A stretch of DNA of 63,544 bases, the filler included, from Choristocarpus tenellus KU-1152 (taxonomy: Eukaryota; Protista; Phaeophyceae), in assembly GCA_964200185.2 (NCBI GenBank). It is 9 parts of 9 records of this genome, joined end to end, with 100 filler letters (N's around TTAATTAATTAA, not from the genome) between each part and the next. Parts side by side here need not be neighbours in the genome. Positions count along the whole stretch, not along the records: positions 33,934 to 44,083 come from CAXNAD020003123.1; positions 44,184 to 48,928 come from CAXNAD020013237.1; positions 49,029 to 60,574 come from CAXNAD020002263.1; 6 more parts are not named here. One strand, 5' to 3'. Shown piece by piece: positions 39,801 through 52,655 of the stretch. Position numbers and translations under genes: made by a program. The notes under the pieces were generated by a model. That model had not been told where the DNA came from and did not search any database. It saw only the letters and a program-made list of their open reading frames with translations. Every line of letters starts with the position of its first letter. Position 1 is the first letter of the stretch.

Positions 39801-41829
39801 TTATGTTCGTTATTTGTGTGTTCCTCTCTCCTCTGATCATGATCTGTAAGCACAGGTGGGAAGGAAGGATAGGAACGTGCTGGTAACATTATTTTGCAAC
39901 ATAAATACACCACAGCAGCAATAGTAGTACAGGAGTCGCACCACTATTGACAGATAGCGGTTTGTCATTCTAAAAATATGTACATGCACTGTAACATGTT
40001 TTCTTACCTGGAAAATGATGTCTGCATGTAACACAATGATAGCCTGTACTACATGTGTATGTATATGAATGTATCAAAGAATCTTCTCAATCAAGAACTG
40101 AGTGGTCTTACACTCCCTCCAATCAATTTCCTATTCAACCAATGCGTACATACATGTGTCAACTGATTTGATTTGAGGCATTGATCACAAGATGAGCGGT
40201 AGGAGCTCTTCAGTAAGATATACACTGGCTGCAAGTGCAAGATATTTTTCGACAAGGAGTCGCTCATTGAAACCCAGAGTTCCATTTCGTAGAGATTGTT
40301 ATGTTTTTGGTTGTTCAATTCTGCGAGACGGAGCAGATATACTGTTTCCTCGTGCAAACTCTAGTTTGTTGGTGGTGGGGAGCTGTTGAAATGAGGTCTA
40401 ATCTTGTGGTGTGCCATGCTCCTGTGCCCACTCTGTTAGCACTCTAAGGCATGTAGTAATATCTTATTCAGAGACAAGGTAAAGGAGAGGTAGCCAAGTT
40501 TTGACATTTTTTGCATTTTGAGATACTTTTTCACCTCTTTCACCTCTTACTATTCACACTTACTTCTGTGGATGAAGCCACAACATTGACTTGATATCGT
40601 TGATTTCTCCATTGTTTAAAAATTTTCAACAGAACAACGAAACGGTTTTATACACAATGGTACAAAAATGCCGAAATTTTATACAATTTTGTCAGTGTCC
40701 ATAAAATGCAACCCTGGGTACCTCTTGTTTACTTTGACTCTCCACGATGATGGTGGTGCCTCCTTTTTTTTTGTTATATCCCTGTATGTTGTGTGTGAAC
40801 CTGTGTTTTCTGTACCACTACTACTACTATTGATACCACGATTTACAACACAAGAAAAGGCCACAGCAACATTACTAATGGTGCCAAGGAGGACAAACAG
40901 AAGACTGGTGTTGGAGGGATGAGGTATAGGGGGAGGCATCAGGTCCAGGACCAAAACTCACCATGAAAAAGATTGATCATTGATACTTTCCGCACTTGAT
41001 CGTCACCATACCTACCAGAAGACAAATAACTAAGAAATACGTGTGGTTATAGCAGTAGAAGTATGGGTAGTAGTATGTACTTACATGCAACGAATGGGAT
41101 ACGATACACACATCACATGGAAGAAAATCCCTATTGCACTCCTCCAAAATATGCAATGCAAAGACGTAAGTAAGAGGACTGTCCCCATCCCCCTTTCCTT
41201 TGCCCTTCAACATGGGTGCAGGATCCTTGGCTGCGCCTGTGGTAGAGTCTGGTGGAATCTGCTCACTTGTGCATGTATTGCGCCATCTCTTGAGTCCCAT
41301 ATCTTTCCTCTGCACCTTCAACATCAGACTTTCTCCATGAATCTACCTTCACACAACCCTCAAAAGGCAGCGGATGTAAGGTCAATGTCACATGGGGCAG
41401 GAGTCACACCACTCTTGGAGCAAACCACGATACATGAAGCAGTGCCCCAGCCATAACCCTTGACCCTTTCCAAGCCTGCAGCAAAAATCAGCATTTCAGT
41501 GCTGCAATGGGCTAGGACTGGTGGAGTAGCGCTCGTTGGTGATTTGCAAGTGACCCATAAGAAACTACGACACAGCTTGATACTGTAGCACTACATGTAA
41601 CAGTTGCTTTAATTCAAAGTATTTTTTTCAGGGGATGATTCCTGTCCTTAGGATGAGAAGTGCCACACAAATCAAATGGATTTCATCTTTGACCGACCCC
41701 TCCATCAATTATTGTGGCTACATTTTGCAGGTCGGTAATATACAAACAATATAGTCATCAGCTTTTCATACAAGCCTCATTATTTTTTAGTGTCAATTAG
41801 GATAGATTCAAAACTGCTCCATCACCTTC

Positions 41830-42088
41830 GAGCCGAAGTATCTTAGGGGGTAGGGCCGCGTCCATTTGGGGGTCAAAATCCCATGTTGTGATTTTGACGT
41901 AATTTTGGCTATCGCGTTTGTTAGGAAGTGTCAATATCCTTGTTCTGGACACACCTTTTCATAACGTACACATTCTACCTACTCTGAAACATTTTGGAGC
42001 AGGAAAACGTCATAAAAAAACCCATGGGAGGCCAAGCCCCAAATGGACAAACAGGGCAAAACTCGTACCCTCTAAGATACTTTCACTC
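41830..42088 (+). mobile_element. MITE family A, complete copy
   Basis: GAG..CTC termini and 4-bp duplication cttc/cttc. Confidence 0.9.
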
Positions 42089-43069
42089 CTTCCTGGTAGG
42101 CCCTCCATGTAGTCCCTCATATTCAACTTCCAAGCAAGTGAGAGACAATGATAGCATCATTGGACTGAGGGCTAAGACACTCCCAGAACCACCATTACAT
42201 CTCTCCATACACAAGTGAGACTGCCAAACAAACCGTGCACTCAGCATGAACCCCAATATCGAAGAAAATCTTCAGACAAGGACCTCATCAGTTCTGATGC
42301 TATGTGCTCAATGGGGACAGAGCTCGTTATTTAATTTTGCTGTCCAGTATTTTCCCTTGTCTCTACGCTGCAAGAAACATCCCTCCACCAGAGCTAACTC
42401 TCCACGTGATATGCAAGTAGCACCACTACGGAGTGTGCTTACACATATGATCATTTGGGAGATGAAGACACCGAGGATAGACATTTTGTATGTTGGGTGT
42501 GGCATGTTGTACATTCGTACCTAGTTAAATAAATAAATGTACTTCCTATCTTGCGGTTGGAGCTTAGGAAAAAGTTGCACAGCAATAGGAAGCAATGTGA
42601 GGGCTTTCGACATCCATTGAGTCCAACAAGTCTGAGCTCGTACTCATTTTGAAAACATTTGGTAGATACGGGAGTACTCAAGCTTGGAATGGGATGTGTG
42701 TACACCAAAGGAAATGTGAACAGAAGGGAGTTGGGTCAACGAAAAGTGATTCTTATGTACATGCCCTTATAGGTATTGATTGCCCTACCTTCCAGTACAT
42801 TGTTTATCGTTATTCTTACATATACTACCTCTGTGCCATAAGTATGTGCCGCGAAACATCTGGGCTTGCCGAGCGAGAACGACTTCGAATCGGACAAAAA
42901 ACCCACGGAATGAAATCTGGTTGACAATCTCAGTGTTTAGAAAAGGTTGGGGTCGAGGATCATCAGGTGCATACTCGAGGTACTTCAAGCCGTCAAAGTA
43001 AGGGTCTTTTGAGCTGATTTTGAGACCAGAACTGGGCACATTGAGTATCAGAACGTTGGCATGGCAACC

Positions 43070-44083
43070 CCCCCGTCAACCCCCCGCGTAGGAAGGGTGC
43101 CCAAGTGTCCCTGAATACCAGGGTTGCGCTTGCAGTGCGGGGCGCCCTCGCAATGGTCCCTGGTGAGCATAAACTGGCAAGACATTGGGCCGGCCCTCGC
43201 AGCGGAGTTTGGAGTGTCCGAGTGTTACATGCAAGGCCTGTGGGAGGACGTTGCCGATCAGCTCATCCATGGCTTCACGCTTGACCTAGGGGTGGTGGCA
43301 CGAAGTGGGAGACCTTCAGAGCTCACACTGACCACAATGGTCGCAACACAAAGTATCAACTCCAATAATCGGTCATCTACAGTGCATTTGGTAACATTGA
43401 AGATAGCCGCCGAGGGGCTGAATTATAGCACAAGCACCATAAACAGCTGGTTGGATGATATGGGGGCCATGCCAAATCGCCACTGGATCAAGCCCAAGCT
43501 TAAATCGTAACAAAAGGTATGGAGAATGGACATTGTTTGCATTCAAGTGGACCAGAAACGTGGTGTGTACGCCTCCATGGCGAACACGATGCATGTGGCT
43601 GAAACCTGGTTATACGTGATGGTTGATGGGGAAAGGGCTAGGGTATTTCTGCATGAGGATGATGGCGACCTTCCAGGATCCCCTAATGCGCAGCACAAGA
43701 GTCATTTCCTCAAAATCATTATCATTGCAGCCAACGTCCGCCCAGATTCGGCTCACAGCTTTGATAGAAAGCTTGGTGTTTGGCGTGTGTGTGCGCCAAA
43801 AACGGCAGACAGGACAAGCAAGAACTATAAAAAGGGGGATGTATATGAGCAGGAATGTACTTCAGACCATTTGTGGCACAGCAAGTGGTACACGGAGGAG
43901 TTACTGCCTGCAATCAAGACCAAGATGCCTTGGTTGCAGGGGAAGCACGCTGTTGTTCAGCAAGACAGTGCCACCCCACACACGGGCAAGGGCAACTCAG
44001 AAATCTTGTCAGGGGCAGGGAAGACTGAGGGGTGGTTGATTAGGCTTGTGATGCAGCCATCTAACTCCCCCGATGACCTCAAT
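43070..44083 (+). mobile_element. Tc1/mariner transposase pseudogene, plant-mariner (DD39D-like) type
   Basis: HVAETWLYV (degenerate HVDEKWFY), QHKSHFLKI..ANVRP..FDRKLGVW, LLPAIKTKMP, VQQDSATPH and QPSNSPD. There is an in-frame TAA at 43508-43510 and the first catalytic Asp is lost. Cut by gap. Confidence 0.85.
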
Positions 44084-45989
44084 NNNNNNNNNNNNNNNNN
44101 NNNNNNNNNNNNNNNNNNNNNNNNNNNTTAATTAATTAANNNNNNNNNNNNNNNNNNNNNNNNNNNNNNNNNNNNNNNNNNNNGTGATAAACCTAGCGAG
44201 ATCGCTTGGTGTCTGTAGAGTGATTGATTAAATTTAGGTGGGGCATGCAAGGCCCCATAAAATCATAAATATTTCCTTTTATATGAGAAAAAATCTCCTT
44301 CAACTAATCACTAGTAAAAGGTTCTGATAACTCAACCACTAATTGATTGTTCCATTACTCCATACATATTTTACTGTAACCGTCTCCATAGAGTTGGAAG
44401 AGTCTAATCGAACAACTGCTACCAAAGGGGATCATGTTTGTGCGGGGAACTTGCAGATGGGAAGTGGACGCAGGGAGAAAAGGAGAAAAGAGGCGCCTTG
44501 GGGTGAATTGATATTTCCAAGACAATCTTATTCTTTGAGAAATTTGGAACAACGGACAAGGGATGGGTGACGTATAGGGAGCAAAAAATCAATGCCTATG
44601 TTCATACATACTCCGGAGTATATTACATGTGCTGTATATACGTGCTATTGATACGACCAACTGCTTCAGGTATTGTTGTATGCCAGAGAAACCACAATAA
44701 CCCACGCACGCCATTCAAAAGCAGTAGTAGGCAAGGCACCTCAAGCAGGTTAGGGGTCATTCACACCAGCAATCACCATAACTACTGTAGCATTTGTTTT
44801 ACTATTGTACTATAGTATGCTATAAATTCTAGTATGTTGTCCTATTCAACATTTTATCAATTGTTATCATTGTTATATAAAATTTGTTTTAATCGGCATG
44901 GTGGTGTGAGGAAGGGTCTCCATCTCATCGTCGAGAGAAGGGTACTTTAAAGCAGTTGGTGAAGGGAAGACCATGCAAAGAGTGTATGATATATGCAGAC
45001 ACTGTATTATATGGAGTTAGAGTTAGAAAGTAGTGAAAGCGGAGAAGAATCAAAAGAGGAAATATGAGAGAGAGGGGGAGAGGGGGGGGGGGCTCTATTG
45101 AGTGTGCCTACAAGGGTGACGAAGGGGGACATCAATACTTCATCTGACACAAAGGAAGAAGAGTATGATGAAGGAGTGAAGGAAAAAGTAAACAAAGGGG
45201 CGAAATATAAATCAATCCAAGAAGCAAAAAGATAATGATAAAGAAGCATGCAAAGACAGTAGCAGTGGTGGTGTTACTTGACCTGCCTTCTCTGCTGCTT
45301 TATCACGACGCACATATTAGCTACCACGGCTTCATTACATTGCCACTCTACTATGTAGTGTTACAAAACTCTCCGCAGAGCTTACCTTTACTGGACGAGC
45401 AGCTCCAATCTACAACCCTGTAGCTAATTTTAGTTACGTGCAAAGCGCCTGTGGTGTATTGATGGCCTGATGACCAACGGAGATGGTGGTCATCAGATTG
45501 TCAGATGAAGATATAGCTGTTCTCTCAGCAAGTGTACAACAATGAATCAGAACTGAGAAGGTGGGTGTGTGTCATGATAGATCAGTCGTGAAAGGTCGAT
45601 TTTCAGAAACGGAAATACAACTGAAAACTATTGCTTTATCCTCAAGTTCCAGATATTACACTGTAACTGTCACAAATCGAATAGTCTCTTTATGGTTGCC
45701 CACGCGCACACTTCCTCTTCACACTGGTTCGAGCGCGATAAACCTTAAATTCGCTACTCGCCCCTAACTGAAGCTCATTGTACCACCAACCATGCACTCA
45801 TGCCACCTGTCTGTGTTCTTCGGTTGGCCTTGTACCCCATCCCTCAACTGTCATCCTAGACTTCTAGATATTGTCTTGAAGGCACATCCCCTAAATCTCC
45901 GCCTGTCCAACTTCTATCTTCCGTGCATATATCTGTAACCTCTCCAGACACCAACACCTTGGGAATAATCTGAATCCCCCATGTGAGAA

Positions 45990-46245
45990 GAGTTAAAGTA
46001 TCTTAGAAGGTACGAGTTTTGCCCTGTTTGTCCGTTTGGGGCTTGGCTTCCCGTGGGCGTTTCATGACATATTCCTACTCCGAAATATATCGGAGTAGGT
46101 AAAGTGTATACGTTATGAAAAGGCGTGTCCGGAACAAGGATAATGACAATTCCTACCAAACACGATAGCTAAAATTACATCAAAAGCGCAACATTGGATT
46201 TGGTTCCAAACGGACGCGGCTCTACCCTCTGAGATACTTTGACCT
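45990..46245 (-). mobile_element. MITE family A, complete copy with decayed end
   Basis: Full internal similarity to the other copies. Flanks agaa/ggaa. Confidence 0.85.
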
Positions 46246-46289
46246 GGAAACTGATCCTGCGAATAGGGACCTACGAGTTTCCACTGTCA

Positions 46290-46860
46290 CCTCAAAAACT
46301 CTCTCACACGGTCCTCACAAGGGAAGGGAATCTTTGTGTAAGTCAGTGTGCGATGGTGCATTCCAGATTGTTTCTGAAATCCGATACAGCTTGTAAGAAC
46401 ATTTTGTGGTGATGAGGGTTAAGCAAATTTCATAGGGTGGACCTGATATGACATGCCATGCATTCATACCTACAGAACCTCGAGTACTTCAGCCATGAGT
46501 TTTTTGGATCTTGAGCTCAAGTGGTACGCCTGAGGTCCTGTCACAGAACATTTGGCTATAATCGTGGAAACAGCTCAGTGGTCTAGACAGTGATAGCAAC
46601 ATAATCACCAATGGTCCTTCCAAGGTTAAATGGACCTGTCTGCCTGTCTGTAGTGCTGATTCAACACTCGAATCTGCACAATGCCTACGACCGTATTTGG
46701 AGGTCAAAGGCACATGATCTTCGTCTTTCGGCTCTGATGCAGTCACCCAAATGATCTGACCGTCTTCACAACACATAATTGTCTTCCGGACCAAACCTCC
46801 TTGGATCATAATCGACACAACGCCTGTATCATCAGCATCAAGCACATCTCACAGGAGCTG
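46290..46860 (-). mobile_element. Non-LTR retrotransposon (RTE-like LINE) reverse transcriptase fragment, degenerate
   Basis: MLDADDTGVVS (degenerate LYADD), then ..DRTSGVPLELKI..LKYSR.., collinear with the region after the YADD motif in RTE-type RTs. Contains frameshifts. Confidence 0.65.
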
Positions 46861-47848
46861 CTCGAGTGTTACCCCACTCCGAGTTGCCCCTCCTCCTCTG
46901 ACTTGGGGTCACTTTTCCTCTATAAAGTTTCCCTTCTCGTTATTGGTCTCTTTTGTTGAGTGTTTACGTATGTTTGCAGAAAAATGTGTCACAGAGCAGT
47001 ACGGATCGATCTGCAGTGCTACAAAATCTGGAGACATTATCCCCAAGCACTCTGACCTGGCAGTAGGGCCCTCACATACCATGTCCCCCTTGTGCAGAGT
47101 GATCTCCATGGGATGCGCGCAATATCGCTAGCAACTCGTTTACACTATACCACTCCCCACCCCACTCCACCCAACCCCTCTGCTCCCCAGGCATAGGGCA
47201 GAAGTATCACATCACGGTTGGCTTCTGGATTCCTAGTTCATGGGGCCCCTCTTCTTGATACAACATAAAATTAGAAGGAGTCTGACAGATTATGTTACAG
47301 GCGAATAGCGCAAGAATTTCTTCCTGTACCCTTATAAGCGCGAGCATTATACACGCGTGGAGAACTCCTTAAGGGAGCACTCTGATTTGCGAAAAGTTGG
47401 AGAGTAAGATCTGTAAGACGGATATGTATGTGTTAAAACATAAGGCACTCATTTGTTTTTCCTTGATATGATACACTACCACAAACTCGCCCTCATTGTT
47501 GATTGGTCAACTGGATTGGTCGTTATTGTCATATTCCCAACTCATCATCACAACAACATCAATACATGTCAGAACAACGAGCAGATACATAGAAGGACAA
47601 GATCAGTCGATGTACATCACGCATATAGAGATAGTATGCGTTACCCGAGTTACATCAGATATTGATTCAAGTGTTCTCTTCTCGTATTTTGATTTCTTTG
47701 TTCGACATATTTCTTCTTCTTAACAGAAGAAGACCCCAGATACACGTTATTGTTGATTACTTCTTTTTTTTTTGTAATTGCCTCCTCATAATACACCAAG
47801 TTAACTCTGCAATAAGTGTACCTGATACACACCTAGATGTCATATATG

Positions 47849-48107
47849 GATATAATTATCTTAGAGGGTAGAGCTGCGTCCGTTTGACGCCCAAAATCCA
47901 ATTTTCAAAGTTTGATATAATTTTGGCTATCGTGTTTGTTAGGAAGTGTCAGTATCCTTGTTCCAAACACACCTTTTCGTAACATACACATTTTACCTAC
48001 TCCAAAGCATGTCGGACTAGGTAAAATATCATAAAAAAATCAGTTTGAATCCAAGCCCCAAATGGACAAACAGGGCAAAACTCCTACCCTCTAGGATACT
48101 TTCACTC
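47849..48107 (+). mobile_element. MITE family A copy with degenerate left TIR
   Basis: tatcttagagggtagagc..taccctctaggatactttcactc. Confidence 0.8.
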
Positions 48108-48869
48108 CAATCAGAGTTAAACCATCCACAGAGTCCCTTGTCCGCCAAGGTAACATGCCTCTCCTCAGAGCATGGATTTTTTTCTTGGAGTATATCAAGA
48201 AAGAACACTGGATTCGCATCATCATTCTTGACTGAGTGATCAATGACCTCAGTTATACAAAACAAATTCATCGGTGCTTTGCAGTCACCATGACTACTCT
48301 TTGCAACACACAGACTACGTATTTCACTTGAAAGTACGGTGCATTCGACTCAGGTTATAACAGTATGGAACAGTTTTCAGATGTATTGCAATGTCTCTGT
48401 AAACCACAACAAATAAAAGGTAGATGACGATAAATAAAAGAGTGTTGCATGGTCAATGCCCCTCTCTCCACTTTTCTTGATTCCGATACCATATTCTGGC
48501 ATACTGATATTGATTGAGAAAAGTACTTTATCTGCTGACCTGACGTTCGTTGGACCTTTTGACGGTTGGAGTATCCTGGGAGCCTTGTACGAGCATCAGC
48601 GTCATCTATAGGCCTGTGCATTGGAGCTCTACATCCCATGGAGGTAAGCTTTTGGAACAATTATTGGGATGCTTCCCTACCTCCTTGCCCACGTTTGTAG
48701 GGTATAGCTAGCTTAGGAGCACAACAATTTCCACATAACTTCGAAGTGAACAACCTCTTACGGGGAGAGTGTTGTATTTTTAGTTTTCAAGTAGTAACAA
48801 TTTTTTGAGAGATATATTGGAACTGACGACAACTGTAACGTTTTGAGCAAGTCTTTGTAATGTAGTTTT

Positions 48870-48928
48870 GGCTCAAAGTATCTGGGAGGGGGTGGCGGCT
48901 GTCCATTTGGGGTCAATTTTTGTATGTC
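48870..48928 (-). mobile_element. MITE family C fragment at contig end (similar terminal fragments at 1-22, 33815-33833 and 63508-63544)
   Basis: ggctcaaagtatctgggagggg..gtccatttggggtc terminus running into the gap. Confidence 0.75.
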
Positions 48929-49028
48929 NNNNNNNNNNNNNNNNNNNNNNNNNNNNNNNNNNNNNNNNNNNNTTAATTAATTAANNNNNNNNNNNNNNNN
49001 NNNNNNNNNNNNNNNNNNNNNNNNNNNN

Positions 49029-50400
49029 CCCCGCATCACTGCCCCCCCCAATACAGAACGTCTGTCAAAAGTCTCATTGGCGAAGTCTGCATCAGCATAA
49101 GCCACCAGTTTCAGTCCTGCCCCTTTCTCGTAAGTTAAGACTCAAAATATCTGGGGGGTGGTGGTGGCTGTCCATTTGAGGTCAAATTTTTCATGTCGCA
49201 ATTTTTGAGTGATTTGGTTGCATACGCCTGACGGATAATGTAAATTCACTTTTCTTGATTTTGACCCAAATGGACACCCTGATATAGATCCCCCCCCCTC
49301 ACACAGATACTTTGGGTCTTAATCCCAACTCCCACGTTCCTTTGAGGTACTTGAGGGTTTCTGTCACAGCTCCAGTGGACATGGCTTGTAGCATGTGAAT
49401 GACGGGCTACAACTCTCACTGCACTAGCCACATTTGGCCTGGTGATGTTACTGACCCACATCAAACCCCGAACTCTCTCTCGAAAAGGGCAATCCTCTGA
49501 CAGGGTATCTCCCTTCCTAATTCCCCAGTTTTCAGGAAGGGGCAGTAGGGATGTGACTTGTTGATTGGGTGACAAAATGTTCACATAAGCTGTCAATGTA
49601 GTTAGTCTGGGTCATTGAGAGGGTACCACACTTCCAATCTCTTGTGTAAGTGCAACCAGAAAACTGAAACATCAAGCCAAGGTTTTTGGTTGGGAACTCT
49701 TCATTCAGGGAGGCATAAAGATCATTTGCAATCATCAACCAGACGCCAAAATCATCATGTCATCCACATGAACTGCAAGGAGTAATCCTGATAACACCAT
49801 CCCTCCTGAGTCTAGTTATACACAGGTCAATCAGACACCGCTCAAAACCATTACGCTTAAGGGTGGAAGTCAGCTTAGGACTCCAAGTCCTAGAGGGCTT
49901 GCAGTAAACCATACAGTGACCTGTGAAGGCGTACAGTCGTATAGGACAGATCTCCACCTCCCCGTCAGAGGTGCATGCACACTTCCTCATCCAGGTCAGA
50001 TTGAAGAAAGACCTACTCTACACCTTTGTACCACATCCTCAGGTCCAACTCACAGGCCATACTGGCCATTAGCCTAACTGATGAGGCGGAAGGTGTGGAG
50101 GCAGAGGCTCAAAGTAATCAATGCCATACTCCTGACCAATACCTTAAGCACCTAGCCTAGCCTTAGCCCCACTGAACATAAAAAAAAGTAACTCTTCCAT
50201 TTAAACACTGATTTGGAACCAATAGCCTTGTGCCCCGAGGGTACATCTGCAAGACTGAAGGTAACTGTGTCCAAAAAACCATCGAACTCCTTAGACATAG
50301 CCTCTTCCCGTACCGGTCAGTATTCAGAATTTAGAGCTTCATCATCAGACTGTGGGGCTGGTCCCAACTCAGGAACAAGACGACCATGAAGCGGGGTACC
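49029..50400 (-). mobile_element. Ty1/Copia LTR retrotransposon RT/RNase H remnant
   Basis: Frameshifted Copia motifs on the minus strand: GQEYGIDY, HVDD, PTKNLG, PFRERVRGLMWVSNITRPNVASAVRVVARHS and LVAYADADFAN. Confidence 0.85.
49139..49318 (-). mobile_element. MITE family C (about 180 bp) inserted in Copia pol
   Basis: TIRs gactcaaaatatctgg..cagatactttgggtc and 4-bp duplication ttaa/ttaa. Confidence 0.85.
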
Positions 50401-50764
50401 CATCAACACAGACTCAGGCGTGGGCTGTACAGCCAGGGCATAAGCAACATGTTTCCTCTCTACACCAGCAATGAGAGACATCACATCACCAACACCTCAC
50501 TCCCTTCAACTCTGGCACGCGTTCCCTGTCTGGTCCTACCTGACTCAATGCAAGGTTTGCGGACTGGATTGGGAAGGAAGTCTGCCAGCTAGTGAACTGC
50601 AGTATGGGCAACCGTTGGGTCAGCACCTGCCTGAGGCAAGGGGTGTGAACTCAAGGATGAGAAATATCCTACACTCTCTTCACCGTCTTGGGTAGTGTCT
50701 CTGGACAGACTCATGTCAACCTGACCTCCCTCCCCATCACTGGGGGACGGGTCAACAGCCAGAT

Positions 50765-50943
50765 GACCCAAAGTATCTGGGGGTGGGTGGAGGGGTCTAC
50801 ACCAGGGTGTCCATTTTGGTCATAACTAGGAAAAGTACACTTACTTTATCCATCCGAAGTATCCAACCAAATCACCCAAGAATCTCGAAATGAAAAAATT
50901 GGCCCCAAATGGACAGCCTCCCTCCCCCCAGATACTTTGAACC
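50765..50943 (+). mobile_element. MITE family C copy
   Basis: gacccaaagtatctgggg..cccccagatactttgaacc. Flanks agat/atat. Confidence 0.85.
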
Positions 50944-51560
50944 ATATCCTCGACAAACTGATCTACATTCCCTTCACCGAGGGGAGGATCATTTAGTCAG
51001 ACCGTCTCCTTTGTTACACATATTTGTTAGTATTCTTAAAATACAACTGTGGGTGCCTCTAGTTAACTATGACTCAAAAGTATTTTTAATCTTCTTCATC
51101 ACTCTCTACCATAATGGTCAGAGATCCACTACAATATTCACACTCCTGGATCGATCAATTGCTGCCATCGTTGTCGAGAACATTTTACCTGATTTTGCTT
51201 CAAATTGTCAACGTGATGTCCCTGCGACCATATCTAACACTCACCACATGGCCTGCCAGCATGATAATGCGTCGGATTCCACTAGATACGGAGGTTTGGA
51301 TCCTTTTTAAAGAAAAAGTTGTCGACAACTTCTCCATCCACTAGATTGTCAATGTTCCCCCCCTTATATTGTGCACACACACTGTTAAACCACAACCAAA
51401 AATTGATATTTTGACGGGTAAGAATATGTAAGGGGCGGTCAGAGCTTTGTCCCTTTATGCCAGCGTACGAACGAAAGATCCCAACACACCTCTTTTTTCA
51501 TCTTCACTTTTTCTTTCACCATACTTGAAAAAGAGTGATTGATGTCCATGCTCTGGATGG

Positions 51561-51760
51561 AACAGCAGATTTCAAAAATTGAGGATGGAGCTTTTCATTG
51601 AGGATGAGCTTCACCCAAAATTGACTGGGAGAAAGTGTTGATATGTTTTTTTTATATTGTCATTAATAAAAAATACATATCGACACTTTATCCCAGTCAA
51701 TTTTGGGTCAAGACCATCCTCAATGAAAAGCTCCATCCTCAATTTTTGAAATATGCTGTT
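51561..51760. repeat. 200-bp foldback/palindrome (hairpin MITE-like)
   Basis: aacagcagatttcaaaaattgaggatggagcttttcattgaggatg.. pairs with ..catcctcaatgaaaagctccatcctcaatttttgaaatatgctgtt over about 90 bp, with a short AT-rich loop. Confidence 0.9.
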
Positions 51761-52655
51761 AATGGGCATTTCATAGGTTTGAGTCCTTTGGTCTTGAGCA
51801 GGAAACTGTTTGGCTCCCTCGGCCCTCTCAATGTGTTGCCCCCCAACGAAAAAGAGTATTTTTTGTTTGAGCTCACCCTCTTGTTGTGGGAAGAGATGTG
51901 TTCTTCACACAAGTGCATGGCTTCTGCTCCACATCATCACAATGACCCAAGCATCTCTTTGTTACCAAACTTTTTTTTCATATCACCGCTGGGTTATTGA
52001 AGTTCCAACTTTATATTTTTCTATAATAATAGACAAATTTTAGGTTCCAACCCTGTAAAGGACAACCTTTCAACGGACTCCCTCGAACTAGGCACATGAA
52101 CTTTCTTGGGATACCCATATACATGACTATTTTTTTCTTCCTGGACGAGTGTTTGCCATGATGTTTTGGTCACCTTTTTTTCTCTCGCGCCCAGACACAA
52201 GTCCACATTACAGGGGAGGTGATGCGATGAACAGGTTCCCATAAGAGGTGATCTCAGTCAGACAATTTCCGTGCGCACACACGAGTACATCACGCGTACA
52301 GTTCTATTGTTGATACCACTCCAGGGCTATGTTCTGATATGTTCTGAGGATCTCCAACACTTGGTCTGCTGATCTGTGAGACCCTGTTCTACTTGTGCAG
52401 GCTCACTTGCTCACATTAGTGTATTTTCTCACTCCCTTGATTGATCGAACACTACCTTATATTACTTCCGAAACACATGGAATTCTAAGTTGAAAGTTCC
52501 AACACTGCGCGCGGCTCATAACATTTATATTCATCAACGCCAACACATCCTCCTCAAACCTCTCAAACCCTAATCCTTGACCAAAGCATCCGTTTTGAAA
52601 GGTCAAGGAAGATCACGTGTCTATATCATCTGTTTAGGAGCATTCAAGGCCCATT

